Shown piece after piece: positions 8,251-16,303 of a DNA stretch of 24,000 bases (within the stretch, counting starts at the first letter, position 1; each line of letters begins with the position of its first letter). This DNA is from Clostridiaceae bacterium (GTDB lineage Bacteria; Bacillota; Clostridia; DSM-8532), in NCBI GenBank assembly GCA_012516065.1, contig JAAYXD010000144.1, forward strand, positions 4,577-28,576, in the 5' to 3' direction. The notes beneath the pieces are model-generated. The model saw nothing but the letters and a program-made list of their open reading frames with translations. It did no database searches and was not told the DNA's origin. The position numbers were made by a program, and so were the translations under genes.

Positions 8251-9795
8251 TCAGCGCACCTTTCTATCCAAAATCTTTCCATTCATGACGGCGCCCATTC
8301 CCAAAGCGGTGGTGTCCTGCAGCACATTCTGACCGCTTTTCAGCTTTTCGATTTCCGACCGTTTGACCAGGTAGCCCGTGATACGGATAACATCGCTGTT
8401 CTTCTCATAGAAGGACAGATAGCGCAATTCCTTGCGGAAGGAGCCTTTGACGATGTCCAGCACGTATTCGGGATTTTGGTGAACAGTAACATCAATAGGG
8501 AAAATGTCGCCCGTTCCGGATGGAAAATATTTATGGAAATGATTGACAACCATGAGGTGATCAATCATTTCGTCGGGTTCCTCTCCTATGGGGATACGGG
8601 TACCCGGCGAGATATTTTGATCTTCTGAAATTCCTACTTGCGCATGAAGCAGAAAATGACCGCCGGTTATTTCGCAGTAGGGGTTATGGTGTTTCTCACT
8701 GAATTCATATATCTGCTTGATGATGGATTCACCAAGCTCGGTAGCGTACTCATCGTGGCCAAAGCGGCCGGGACGGCCCTCTTTTTCCAGCAGGATATTT
8801 ACACATTCCGCCAGACCCACCAGGCCAAACATGGCAGTGAAGCGTTTGCGGCTGATAAAGCCTTCCCTGGCCAGGAAGTTATTTTCAAAGAAGCCGCTTT
8901 CTTCGACTTCAAAGCGGATACGGGAGTCCATGTAACGTGCCATGATGTCCATAACATAGGGCAGCTGGTTGGTCCTGAAATCTTCAATTCCGCCCGCGCG
9001 TTTTGCAATGTTGCCCAAAATCAGGCGGCAAAGGGTGTATGATCCGCCGCCCAGCGGCAATCCGTTATAGCAGCTGGCAATGACATAATTCTCACCAAGT
9101 TCCTGCGTAAACATGCGGTGGTTGGCAAAGCTGGGCTTGGCCGAACGCAGGGCTGTCTTGACAGCCTGAATGGCGAAGTCGTCATCGGTTACGCCTTCTT
9201 CGTATTTTAAGGTCAGATTGGGAACGGCCTGCGTAAGCTCTGCCTCCACCTCAAGCAGCAAGCGGCCGGTCCGTGTGGGCTTGGGACCGATATTTGCATG
9301 GGAGAAGGAGTCAAGAATAGTACGGTCCACGTGCACCAAAAAGCCTCGCAGAAGTTTTTTGGCCGTAGTGTCGTCAACGTCTTGCATAAAAGGTTCCAGC
9401 AGCGTATCCAACTGTCCCAGATATACCGGGAAGTTGGTTACGCTTGGAACATGCTTGTAGAAAATCAGCAGAGAATTAAGCGCTTCATATAAGTCGGTCG
9501 GTGGCGCAAGCTGCAGAAACCGGCTGCCTTCCTTCATGAATTTGGCATAGTCGGGAATGATATATCGGGGACGAAGCGGAGCGTGTCCCTCATTCAGGTC
9601 GCAGATGCATTTTCTGTCTGCCGGGACATTCATCAGCTCGTCCAGCCCCTGCGGCAAATCCAATACTTCCAGCAGAGAATCGGCAGTATTGGCCAGTGAA
9701 GCAACCTTTTGCTCGTGAGTTAGTATCGGGCTTTTGATGATATCCAGTATTTTCTTGCGCGTTTCATTCACGCGCTCCATGGAAATGTCTCTCAA
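8251..9795 (-). CDS. yjjI: YjjI-family glycyl-radical enzyme, function unknown
   Basis: 514 aa, about the size I recall for E. coli YjjI. The C-terminal 'DVIRITGYLVKR' matches the glycyl-radical fingerprint RVxG[FYW]. It is tightly coupled to a dedicated activase. The start is a TTG at 9795 preceded by GGAAGGGTGG with 7-nt spacing. Family assignment is by recollection of family features, not by alignment. Confidence 0.78.
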   Translation of the reverse strand: MRDISMERVNETRKKILDIIKSPILTHEQKVASLANTADSLLEVLDLPQGLDELMNVPADRKCICDLNEGHAPLRPRYIIPDYAKFMKEGSRFLQLAPPTDLYEALNSLLIFYKHVPSVTNFPVYLGQLDTLLEPFMQDVDDTTAKKLLRGFLVHVDRTILDSFSHANIGPKPTRTGRLLLEVEAELTQAVPNLTLKYEEGVTDDDFAIQAVKTALRSAKPSFANHRMFTQELGENYVIASCYNGLPLGGGSYTLCRLILGNIAKRAGGIEDFRTNQLPYVMDIMARYMDSRIRFEVEESGFFENNFLAREGFISRKRFTAMFGLVGLAECVNILLEKEGRPGRFGHDEYATELGESIIKQIYEFSEKHHNPYCEITGGHFLLHAQVGISEDQNISPGTRIPIGEEPDEMIDHLMVVNHFHKYFPSGTGDIFPIDVTVHQNPEYVLDIVKGSFRKELRYLSFYEKNSDVIRITGYLVKRSEIEKLKSGQNVLQDTTALGMGAVMNGKILDRKVR

Positions 9796-9849
9796 TTGTT
9801 CGCCACCCTTCCTTGGATAATCAAGGTTATTTTGCTCAAATCGTTAAAA

Positions 9850-10917
9850 TTAGTCGTCTAATTCGTATATGTTGCCGTATTTTGCTTCAAACTCAGCCTT
9901 GGTCTTCGGAACGGTAATTTTACCGTTGATGATGTCCTGCTTAGCTTGGTTTACATAATCGAGAACTTCCTTTGGCAGGTTGGTGGTGGTAGGAGCGATG
10001 TCTACACCTGCGGACTTTAAGTCATACGTGATGATGCCAGGCTTAACATTGCCTTCCTTTACGGCTTTGGCAATATCAAAGCATGCATTGTCAACGCGTT
10101 TCATAGCAGAGGTCAGAATGTTTTCAGGAGCAAGCGGGGACTGGTCGCTGTCTACACCGATTGCCCATTTGCCTGCGTCTTTACAGCCTTCGATTACGCC
10201 TAAGCCCGTTCCGCCAGCTGCGTGGAAGATTACATCCGCGCCGTTGGTGATCATTGTGGTAGCAGCGGATTTACCGGTTTCGGTGCTGCTGAAAGAGTTA
10301 GCGTTGAACTGCAGGATAGTAGCATTGGGGTTGGCATCTTTCACGCCGGCAAGATACCCGTAACCGAATTCGTTCATGGTCTGGCTGACCATACCGACAA
10401 CAAATCCTACTTTGTTTGTTTTGGTCATTTTACCGGCAACAAGGCCAACCAGGTAGGAAGCCTGGCTCTGCTCGAACATCAGGCAGGTAACGTTGGGCAA
10501 ATCGATGGAAGCATCGTCAATGATGGCAAATTTCTGATTTGGATTGGCTTCAGCTGCTTTTCTGGTGGCATCAGCCAGCATGTATCCTACACAGATGATG
10601 AGGTCATAGCCTTCATCAATGAAAGCCTCAATGTTGGGAGCATAGTCGGCATCGGTTGCAGATTCGGCATAGCGAACTTCTACACCAAGTTCTTTTTGAG
10701 CGCGCTGCAGACCTTCCCAGGCAGACTGGTTGAATGAGCCGTCGTTTACACCGCCAACATCGGTAACCATACCAATCTTAATCTTCTTGCCCCCGGTATT
10801 GTTGCTGCTGTTGTTATTACTGCTGTTATTGCTGTTGTTGCCGGAATTTTTTCCGCCACATGCAGTCAGGGAAAAGACTATTATAACGGATAATAGTAAT
10901 GCCAGAAATTTTTTCAT
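9850..10917 (-). CDS. BMP-family (PnrA/NupN/Med-like) nucleoside-binding lipoprotein, ABC substrate-binding component
   Basis: The signal peptide carries the lipobox 'FSLTAC'. An Asn/Ser-rich linker follows. The BMP-family core shows 'KIGMVTDVGGVNDGSFNQSAWEGL', 'GYDLII' and 'WAIGVDSDQ'. Confidence 0.9.
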   Translation of the reverse strand: MKKFLALLLSVIIVFSLTACGGKNSGNNSNNSSNNNSSNNTGGKKIKIGMVTDVGGVNDGSFNQSAWEGLQRAQKELGVEVRYAESATDADYAPNIEAFIDEGYDLIICVGYMLADATRKAAEANPNQKFAIIDDASIDLPNVTCLMFEQSQASYLVGLVAGKMTKTNKVGFVVGMVSQTMNEFGYGYLAGVKDANPNATILQFNANSFSSTETGKSAATTMITNGADVIFHAAGGTGLGVIEGCKDAGKWAIGVDSDQSPLAPENILTSAMKRVDNACFDIAKAVKEGNVKPGIITYDLKSAGVDIAPTTTNLPKEVLDYVNQAKQDIINGKITVPKTKAEFEAKYGNIYELDD

Positions 10918-10964
10918 GTTCTTATCTCCTTTTCAATATATTTTGTTTAATTTATTTTTCTCAT

Positions 10965-10987
10965 TTTCAACATATTTAATGTTGAAA
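10965..10987. promoter_or_regulatory. Perfect 9-5-9 palindrome between deoD and the BMP lipoprotein gene (candidate operator or RNA hairpin)
   Basis: TTTCAACAT (10965-10973), ATTTA, then ATGTTGAAA (10979-10987). No U-tract follows it on the minus-strand transcript, so it is not a canonical terminator. Confidence 0.4.
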
Positions 10988-10999
10988 CCAAATTATTTG

Positions 11000-11710
11000 T
11001 TAGATAATTCCAAGGGCGACTTCAATCATATTTTTGAAACCGAGCTGGCGTTCCTGAGCCGACAGTTCTGTACCTTTGTAGATGTGGTCGGAGATGGACA
11101 GGATACACAAAGCATTTTTTCCTGCCTGGGCCGCATTCATGTATAAAGCTGCCGCTTCCATTTCGATACACAACACGCCCATGCTTTTCCAGGCATCGTT
11201 AGCGCCTTTATTGGCGTTGTAAAACACATCCGTGGAAAGAACATTGCCGATGGCGACGCTGATTCCTTTTTTCTGTGCTTCCTCAATGGCTTTTTGCATC
11301 AGCGTGTAGCTGGCAATAGGTGCAAACGTTCCGGGGAGCTGGTATTGGTTGGCGTAATTGGAGTCGGTGCAGGCTCCCATGGCGATAACGAGATCTTTTA
11401 GATCCAGATCGTCGCTTAAGGCACCGGCCGAGCCTATGCGGATGATATTGTCCACATCGTAGAAATTGAAAAGCTCGTATGAATAAATACCGATAGAGGG
11501 AATACCCATCCCGTGACCCATAACAGACACCGGCTTTCCCTGATAGGTGCCGGTAAAACCTAACATATTGCGCACTGTATTAAAACAAGTGACATTTTCC
11601 AGATAGGTTTCGGCAATAAATTTTGCACGAAGTGGATCACCGGGCATCAAAACCGTTTTTGCAATTTGTCCTTCCACCGCTGCGTTGTGCGCAGTGGGCA
11701 CTCTGCTCAT
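11000..11710 (-). CDS. deoD: Purine nucleoside phosphorylase, DeoD type
   Basis: It runs colinear with my recollection of E. coli DeoD: 'VLMPGDPLRAKFIAETYLE', 'MLGFTGTYQGKPVSVMGHGMGIPS', 'GACTD', 'IEMEAAALY' and 'SDH'. I trimmed the listed ORF to the ATG at 11710, which has AAAGGAGGTG 5 nt upstream. Confidence 0.93.
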   Translation of the reverse strand: MSRVPTAHNAAVEGQIAKTVLMPGDPLRAKFIAETYLENVTCFNTVRNMLGFTGTYQGKPVSVMGHGMGIPSIGIYSYELFNFYDVDNIIRIGSAGALSDDLDLKDLVIAMGACTDSNYANQYQLPGTFAPIASYTLMQKAIEEAQKKGISVAIGNVLSTDVFYNANKGANDAWKSMGVLCIEMEAAALYMNAAQAGKNALCILSISDHIYKGTELSAQERQLGFKNMIEVALGII

Positions 11711-12098
11711 TTTTTCACCTCCTTTCTTTTGATTGAGTTTCATCTTCACGAATAAGTTCACGAATGGCATCAACCGCAGCGGCCGGTGCCAATTCGGTAT
11801 CGTGCACCTGGGGATTATTTTCCTCCTTCTAAGGAAATTATTGGCAAAAGAACAGATGTATTTATATAAGCTTTAGGACCTGCAATAAAGTTTTGCATTT
11901 TTACAATCCTGATATGAAGCTTTAATTAAGTCCTCCACGTGAATTAATTTTTCCACTTGCTTCATGTTTTCTTCTGCTCATAATACCGGAGCCTTTCTAA
12001 AGTAAATGCTCTGATATTATGATAACTTATAGTATGTGAATATTGTACAGGTAATATAATGTAATTACATTTTTGCAAAAGGCTAAACAATATGCTTA

Positions 12099-12127
12099 TT
12101 GATACTTATAAATTGTTAGTATATAAT
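12099..12127 (+). promoter_or_regulatory. Sigma-A-type promoter candidate
   Basis: TTGATA (12099-12104), a 17-nt spacer, then TATAAT (12122-12127). It faces the orphan gene at 12386 and implies a leader of roughly 250 nt. Confidence 0.6.
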
Positions 12128-12385
12128 GTTTAAAAAAAGAATGCAAAAATATACATTTTGAGGATGAATTTATCGAAAAAATGGAGAAGAAAATAACAAG
12201 AATAGAAAAAGATTTTGAAGAAGGAAATAAAACACCTGAAGAATTACTGAAAGAATTAGATGATAGTTCAGATATAGACTGATAAACATTAATCCGGGAA
12301 ACTCGTAGCTATATAGCCAGGAAAGGGAATTTTTTGGTTGAATAAAAAGATTACAAAAAACCAATTTCAAATATCAGGAGTGAAA

Positions 12386-13129
12386 ATGATGAATGATGGG
12401 AAAGAAAAAAAGAATGAAAGCAATGCTGAGAGCGGGAGTGATTACGAAAGAATAGATGATATATTTTTCCGCCAGATTAATGAGAGGAGAAAGGAAGACC
12501 CGTTGATAGGCGCCAAACTGGGTGCTAAAGAAATTTTCAACACTTTATTGAATGCTGTCAGGGATTCAAGAGGTGTACATATTGAGACTCTTATATGCGC
12601 ACTGGGAGCCCTTGCGGGTTATTCATGCCAGGCGAGCCTGAGGAAAGAATTCGTTGAGATCAGAGGACTGAGTGAAGAACAGGTGTTTACGGTCATACAG
12701 GCGAAAAACGGCAAGAGGTACTTTTTTGGCGACCTTATAAACAAGCCGCTGTTTGAAAATCAATATTCTGTATGGTCCCTGGCTGCCGGCATAGTGCAGC
12801 ACATGGGTGTGAATATTGATTTTGACATCCTTGAGATTTTCAAATATGTCTCTGCCACGGTCGGTACCGAGAACTACGGCATTCCAAGGATTCCAGAGGG
12901 ACACCGGACGGCAGACGTTCCGATCAATTTTGTCAAGGCTTTTTGGCCGTTGTTCCTCCCCCGTATTGAGAAGTATTGCGCTTCCCCGCGTGAGTGGCCG
13001 GTTTTATTTGGATTGGCGATACAGGATGGACTGCTTCAGGGGAAGGATGTCATAGACCCTTCACTGGCGCTTAAAATAGTTATGGAAAGTGCCATTCCGA
13101 TGGCAAAGGCTGAGATTGTGTTTGATTAG
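12386..13129 (+). CDS. Hypothetical protein with no recognisable family
   Basis: I trimmed the 263-aa ORF to the ATG at 12386, which has AGGAG 5 nt upstream, giving 247 aa. It has a charged, low-complexity N-terminus (KEKKNESNAESGSDYER) followed by a globular-looking region. A strong terminator follows at 13150. I could identify no motif. Confidence 0.6.
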   Translation: MMNDGKEKKNESNAESGSDYERIDDIFFRQINERRKEDPLIGAKLGAKEIFNTLLNAVRDSRGVHIETLICALGALAGYSCQASLRKEFVEIRGLSEEQVFTVIQAKNGKRYFFGDLINKPLFENQYSVWSLAAGIVQHMGVNIDFDILEIFKYVSATVGTENYGIPRIPEGHRTADVPINFVKAFWPLFLPRIEKYCASPREWPVLFGLAIQDGLLQGKDVIDPSLALKIVMESAIPMAKAEIVFD

Positions 13130-13149
13130 GGGTTATTCATTCTTATTTT

Positions 13150-13180
13150 GCCGCCGGATGTCCCGGTGGCTTTTGTTTTT
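13150..13180 (+). terminator. Rho-independent terminator of the orphan gene
   Basis: GCCGCCGG (13150-13157), loop ATGTC, then CCGGTGGC (13163-13170). This makes an 8-bp stem with one G-U pair. TTTTGTTTTT (13171-13180) follows immediately. Confidence 0.85.
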
Positions 13181-13370
13181 GGCTCAAACTCTGATTTTCA
13201 ATTTCAGGGTATTAGTATACAGATTTTTACACTGCCATGCTTGGGACTATTTATGGGATTTGTTACAGGTTCTTATTTAAGTGCATTTGAATAGTGTATT
13301 ATTGAAGTTTTTAAGTTTCTTGGTCTTACATTTGAGCTGGAAGAGGATAAAATGTCTCAGAATGAATGCT

Positions 13371-13417
13371 AAAAATAAACAAAAGCTCCGAGGGCATCGA
13401 GCCCCCATCGCTTTTTG
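13371..13417 (-). terminator. Rho-independent terminator, distal member of a tandem pair ending the nitrogenase-like operon
   Basis: The minus-strand RNA reads AAAAGC-gat-GGGGGC-tcgat-GCCCTC-gga-GCTTTTGTTTATTTTT. The inner stem's second position is a G-U pair on the minus transcript and an A-C mismatch on the + transcript. That favours function for the minus-strand operon. A T-run is also present on the + side. Confidence 0.65.
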
Positions 13418-13440
13418 TTCATTTCAGTTCGTGAAATTTC

Positions 13441-13475
13441 GCTAAGTAAAGCGGTCAACAGAAACTGCCGACCGC
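13441..13475 (-). terminator. Stem-loop directly after the nifH-like stop, proximal member of the terminator pair
   Basis: The minus-strand RNA reads GCGGTCGGCAG-ttt-CTGTTGACCGC, an 11-bp stem with two G-U pairs that would be A-C mismatches on the + strand. TTTACTT follows. The loop is only 3 nt and the U-tract is short. Confidence 0.5.
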
Positions 13476-13480
13476 TCCAA

Positions 13481-14341
<861 letters not shown>

Positions 14342-14355
14342 CTAACCTCCGTAAT

Positions 14356-15159
14356 CTATATGGTATATTCCGGCTGTGGCAGCGCACTTGCCAGATGCAG
14401 TTTTTCTAATATATTCCGTCGAAGGGAAAGAAATTCGGTTCCTCCACGATGCCGAGGATGTGGGAGATTAATCTCCATGATCTCACTGATTTTTCCGGGC
14501 CGCGGAGTCATAACCACAATACGGTCGGAAAGATAGATTGCTTCGTCCACATCGTGGGTTACCAGAATCATTGTCGTTTTATTTTCTTTATGAAGCTCAA
14601 GCAATTTATCCTGAATATCGGAACGGGTAAAGGAATCTAAGGCACTCATGGGTTCATCAAGAAGCAGTACCTTTGGATTATTGATCAATGCCCTGGCAAT
14701 AGCAACTCTCTGAGCCATACCTCCGCTTAACTGATGCGGGTAACATTTTTCAAACCCCTTAAGTCCAATCAGGTCTATATAATGGGCAATACGGTGTTTA
14801 TTCTCCCTATAAACATGGCGTGCCTTAAGTCCGGTTGCGATATTTTTCTCAACAGTCAGCCATTGAAAAAGACCTCCATGCTGAAAAACGTAGCCCCGCT
14901 CTGGATCTGGTCCGGAGATTTGCTCTCCGTTAAGAATCAGGGTTCCTGTTTCCGGCTTGTCAAGACCTGCTATAAGCCGTAAGAGCGTCGTCTTTCCGCA
15001 ACCGGAGGAACCTATGATGGAAAGGAATTCTCCCCGGCGGACGGACAAATTGATATCCCGAAGTACCTCAACATGGTTTCCGGCGTCGTCATAATAAGTG
15101 TAATTTACATTTTCTATATGTAAAATAATATCACTGATTACCGATAAGTTTTTGCTCAT
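14356..15159 (-). CDS. ABC transporter ATP-binding protein, NitT/TauT (nitrate/sulfonate/taurine) family
   Basis: Walker A is GSSGCGKTT, the signature is LSGGMAQRVAIARAL, Walker B is LLLDEP and the H-loop is VTHD. An ATGA overlap joins it to the permease stop at 15156-15159. Confidence 0.9.
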   Translation of the reverse strand: MSKNLSVISDIILHIENVNYTYYDDAGNHVEVLRDINLSVRRGEFLSIIGSSGCGKTTLLRLIAGLDKPETGTLILNGEQISGPDPERGYVFQHGGLFQWLTVEKNIATGLKARHVYRENKHRIAHYIDLIGLKGFEKCYPHQLSGGMAQRVAIARALINNPKVLLLDEPMSALDSFTRSDIQDKLLELHKENKTTMILVTHDVDEAIYLSDRIVVMTPRPGKISEIMEINLPHPRHRGGTEFLSLRRNILEKLHLASALPQPEYTI

Positions 15160-16223
15160 TCCTTAACCCATCCTTTCTGCCACCGGAGCACATTCGCCTG
15201 TATTAGCCCCAGTATTTTCATAATTAGACTGAACAGCAGGGCCATAACGAGAATGGAGGCAAATACCTTATAGTAGGCAGACCACACCTTGCTTAAATTT
15301 ATGTAGTAACCCAATCCTCCCGGCTGGCCCATCATCTCTGCCATTACCAAAGTTGTAAAAGCAAAACCATTGGCATTGGAAATACCGGTAAAAATCTGGG
15401 GCATGGCCTGAGGCACTGCAACATGGAATATTAAAAATGGCGTTTTTGCCCCCAGGGTGCGAGCTACTTCGAACTGATACTTTGGGGTGGATTGTATGCC
15501 CTGGGCTGTAAGAGCCGCAATGGAAAACCATGCGCATATTACAATAAGAAAAACAGCTGCTGAAAACGGAGACGGGAAAAGCGTCAGTGCAAAGGGCATC
15601 CACGCTACGGCAGGAATGACACCGGTAATCTTTAATATTGGATATACCCAATAATATACCTTTGGAAACCAACCGATTAAAATTCCCGTACCCACTCCAA
15701 ACACCACACCCAGAGTAAATCCGGCCAAAAAAAGTTTAATGGAGTAAAGGGTATTTTGTAAAATAAAATCTCCTTCAATCAAAAAGGATTCAAGAATTTT
15801 TGCCGGTCCCGGGAAAAACGGCTGCGGTAATAAAAGAAGCTTTGTTCCTAATATATCCCAAGCTGTAATAGCCAGACCCATAGCGAAACGAAAGGGAGCC
15901 TGCCTGGAAAATTTTTCTCTTCGCACAGGATCAAAATATGAAAATATTCCCATACCGGCATAAATCAAAATAATTACTACCAGGACCAATCGGTAAAGCA
16001 AATTAAATGTGAAGGGAATTCCTGCAACAAAATAAGTTTTGATTTCCACATTTGCCACTTGCTTCACCAGAATATTGGCTGCTATGGCTACAGCAAACCC
16101 TGCCAGTGTCAGTACAAAATTAGTACTCCAATTTTGGGCCGAAACCGTTTTTAGTTTTCCATATTGTTGCTTTACTTTTAATTCCGAGGATGTTGGGCTT
16201 TGTAGTTTTACTAAATCGTACAT
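15156..16223 (-). CDS. ABC transporter permease, NitT/TauT family (SsuC/TauC-like) with an N-terminal extension
   Basis: It is polytopic with an EAA-loop region 'ARTLGAKTPFLIFHVAVPQAMPQIFTGI'. AGGAGGT lies 8 nt upstream of the ATG at 16223. At 355 aa it is longer than I recall for SsuC/TauC, which are roughly 250-280 aa. Confidence 0.85.
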   Translation of the reverse strand: MYDLVKLQSPTSSELKVKQQYGKLKTVSAQNWSTNFVLTLAGFAVAIAANILVKQVANVEIKTYFVAGIPFTFNLLYRLVLVVIILIYAGMGIFSYFDPVRREKFSRQAPFRFAMGLAITAWDILGTKLLLLPQPFFPGPAKILESFLIEGDFILQNTLYSIKLFLAGFTLGVVFGVGTGILIGWFPKVYYWVYPILKITGVIPAVAWMPFALTLFPSPFSAAVFLIVICAWFSIAALTAQGIQSTPKYQFEVARTLGAKTPFLIFHVAVPQAMPQIFTGISNANGFAFTTLVMAEMMGQPGGLGYYINLSKVWSAYYKVFASILVMALLFSLIMKILGLIQANVLRWQKGWVKE

Positions 16224-16250
16224 AGCAGAATACCTCCTGTGGGGTGTTTA

Positions 16251-16285
16251 TTATTTCCGCCCGGTTCCTCCGGTTCACCGGGCGG
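16251..16285 (-). other. Perfect 11-bp GC-rich intercistronic stem-loop after the substrate-binding-protein gene
   Basis: TTTCCGCCCGG (16251-16261), a 13-nt loop, then CCGGGCGGAAA (16275-16285). No U-tract follows on the minus transcript. Its position just 3' of the SBP gene is typical of hairpins that stabilise the SBP segment of ABC operon mRNAs. Confidence 0.6.
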
Positions 16286-16303
16286 AAACAATCTTTGGAA
16301 ATA

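Noticed and set aside
10795-10860. Microsatellite-like GTT/GCT/ATT triplet repetition
   Set aside because: It lies in frame within the BMP lipoprotein gene. It encodes the Asn/Ser-rich flexible linker (NSGNNSNNSSNNNSSNNTGG) after the lipobox, a common feature of Firmicute lipoproteins and not an independent repeat element.
11711-11773. 21-aa N-terminal extension of the deoD ORF (MMPFVNLFVKMKLNQKKGGEK)
   Set aside because: The ATG at 11710 has a strong AAAGGAGGTG SD that lies inside the extension. DeoD homology starts at MSRVPTAH.
12181-12282. 33-codon acidic ORF in the leader of the orphan gene as a called gene
   Set aside because: The nearest SD-like GAGGA is 16 nt from the ATG, and nothing else supports translation. 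It is mentioned under findings only.
12170-12370. 66-aa minus-strand ORF in the AT-rich spacer
   Set aside because: Its low-complexity Leu/Phe-rich translation is typical of AT-rich DNA. It has no SD and lies antisense to the leader of the orphan gene.
13089-13280. 63-aa + strand ORF overlapping the end of the orphan gene
   Set aside because: It spans the strong terminator at 13150-13180, has no SD and has an implausible composition. The MSQNEC mini-ORF at 13352-13372 was likewise ignored as too short to support.
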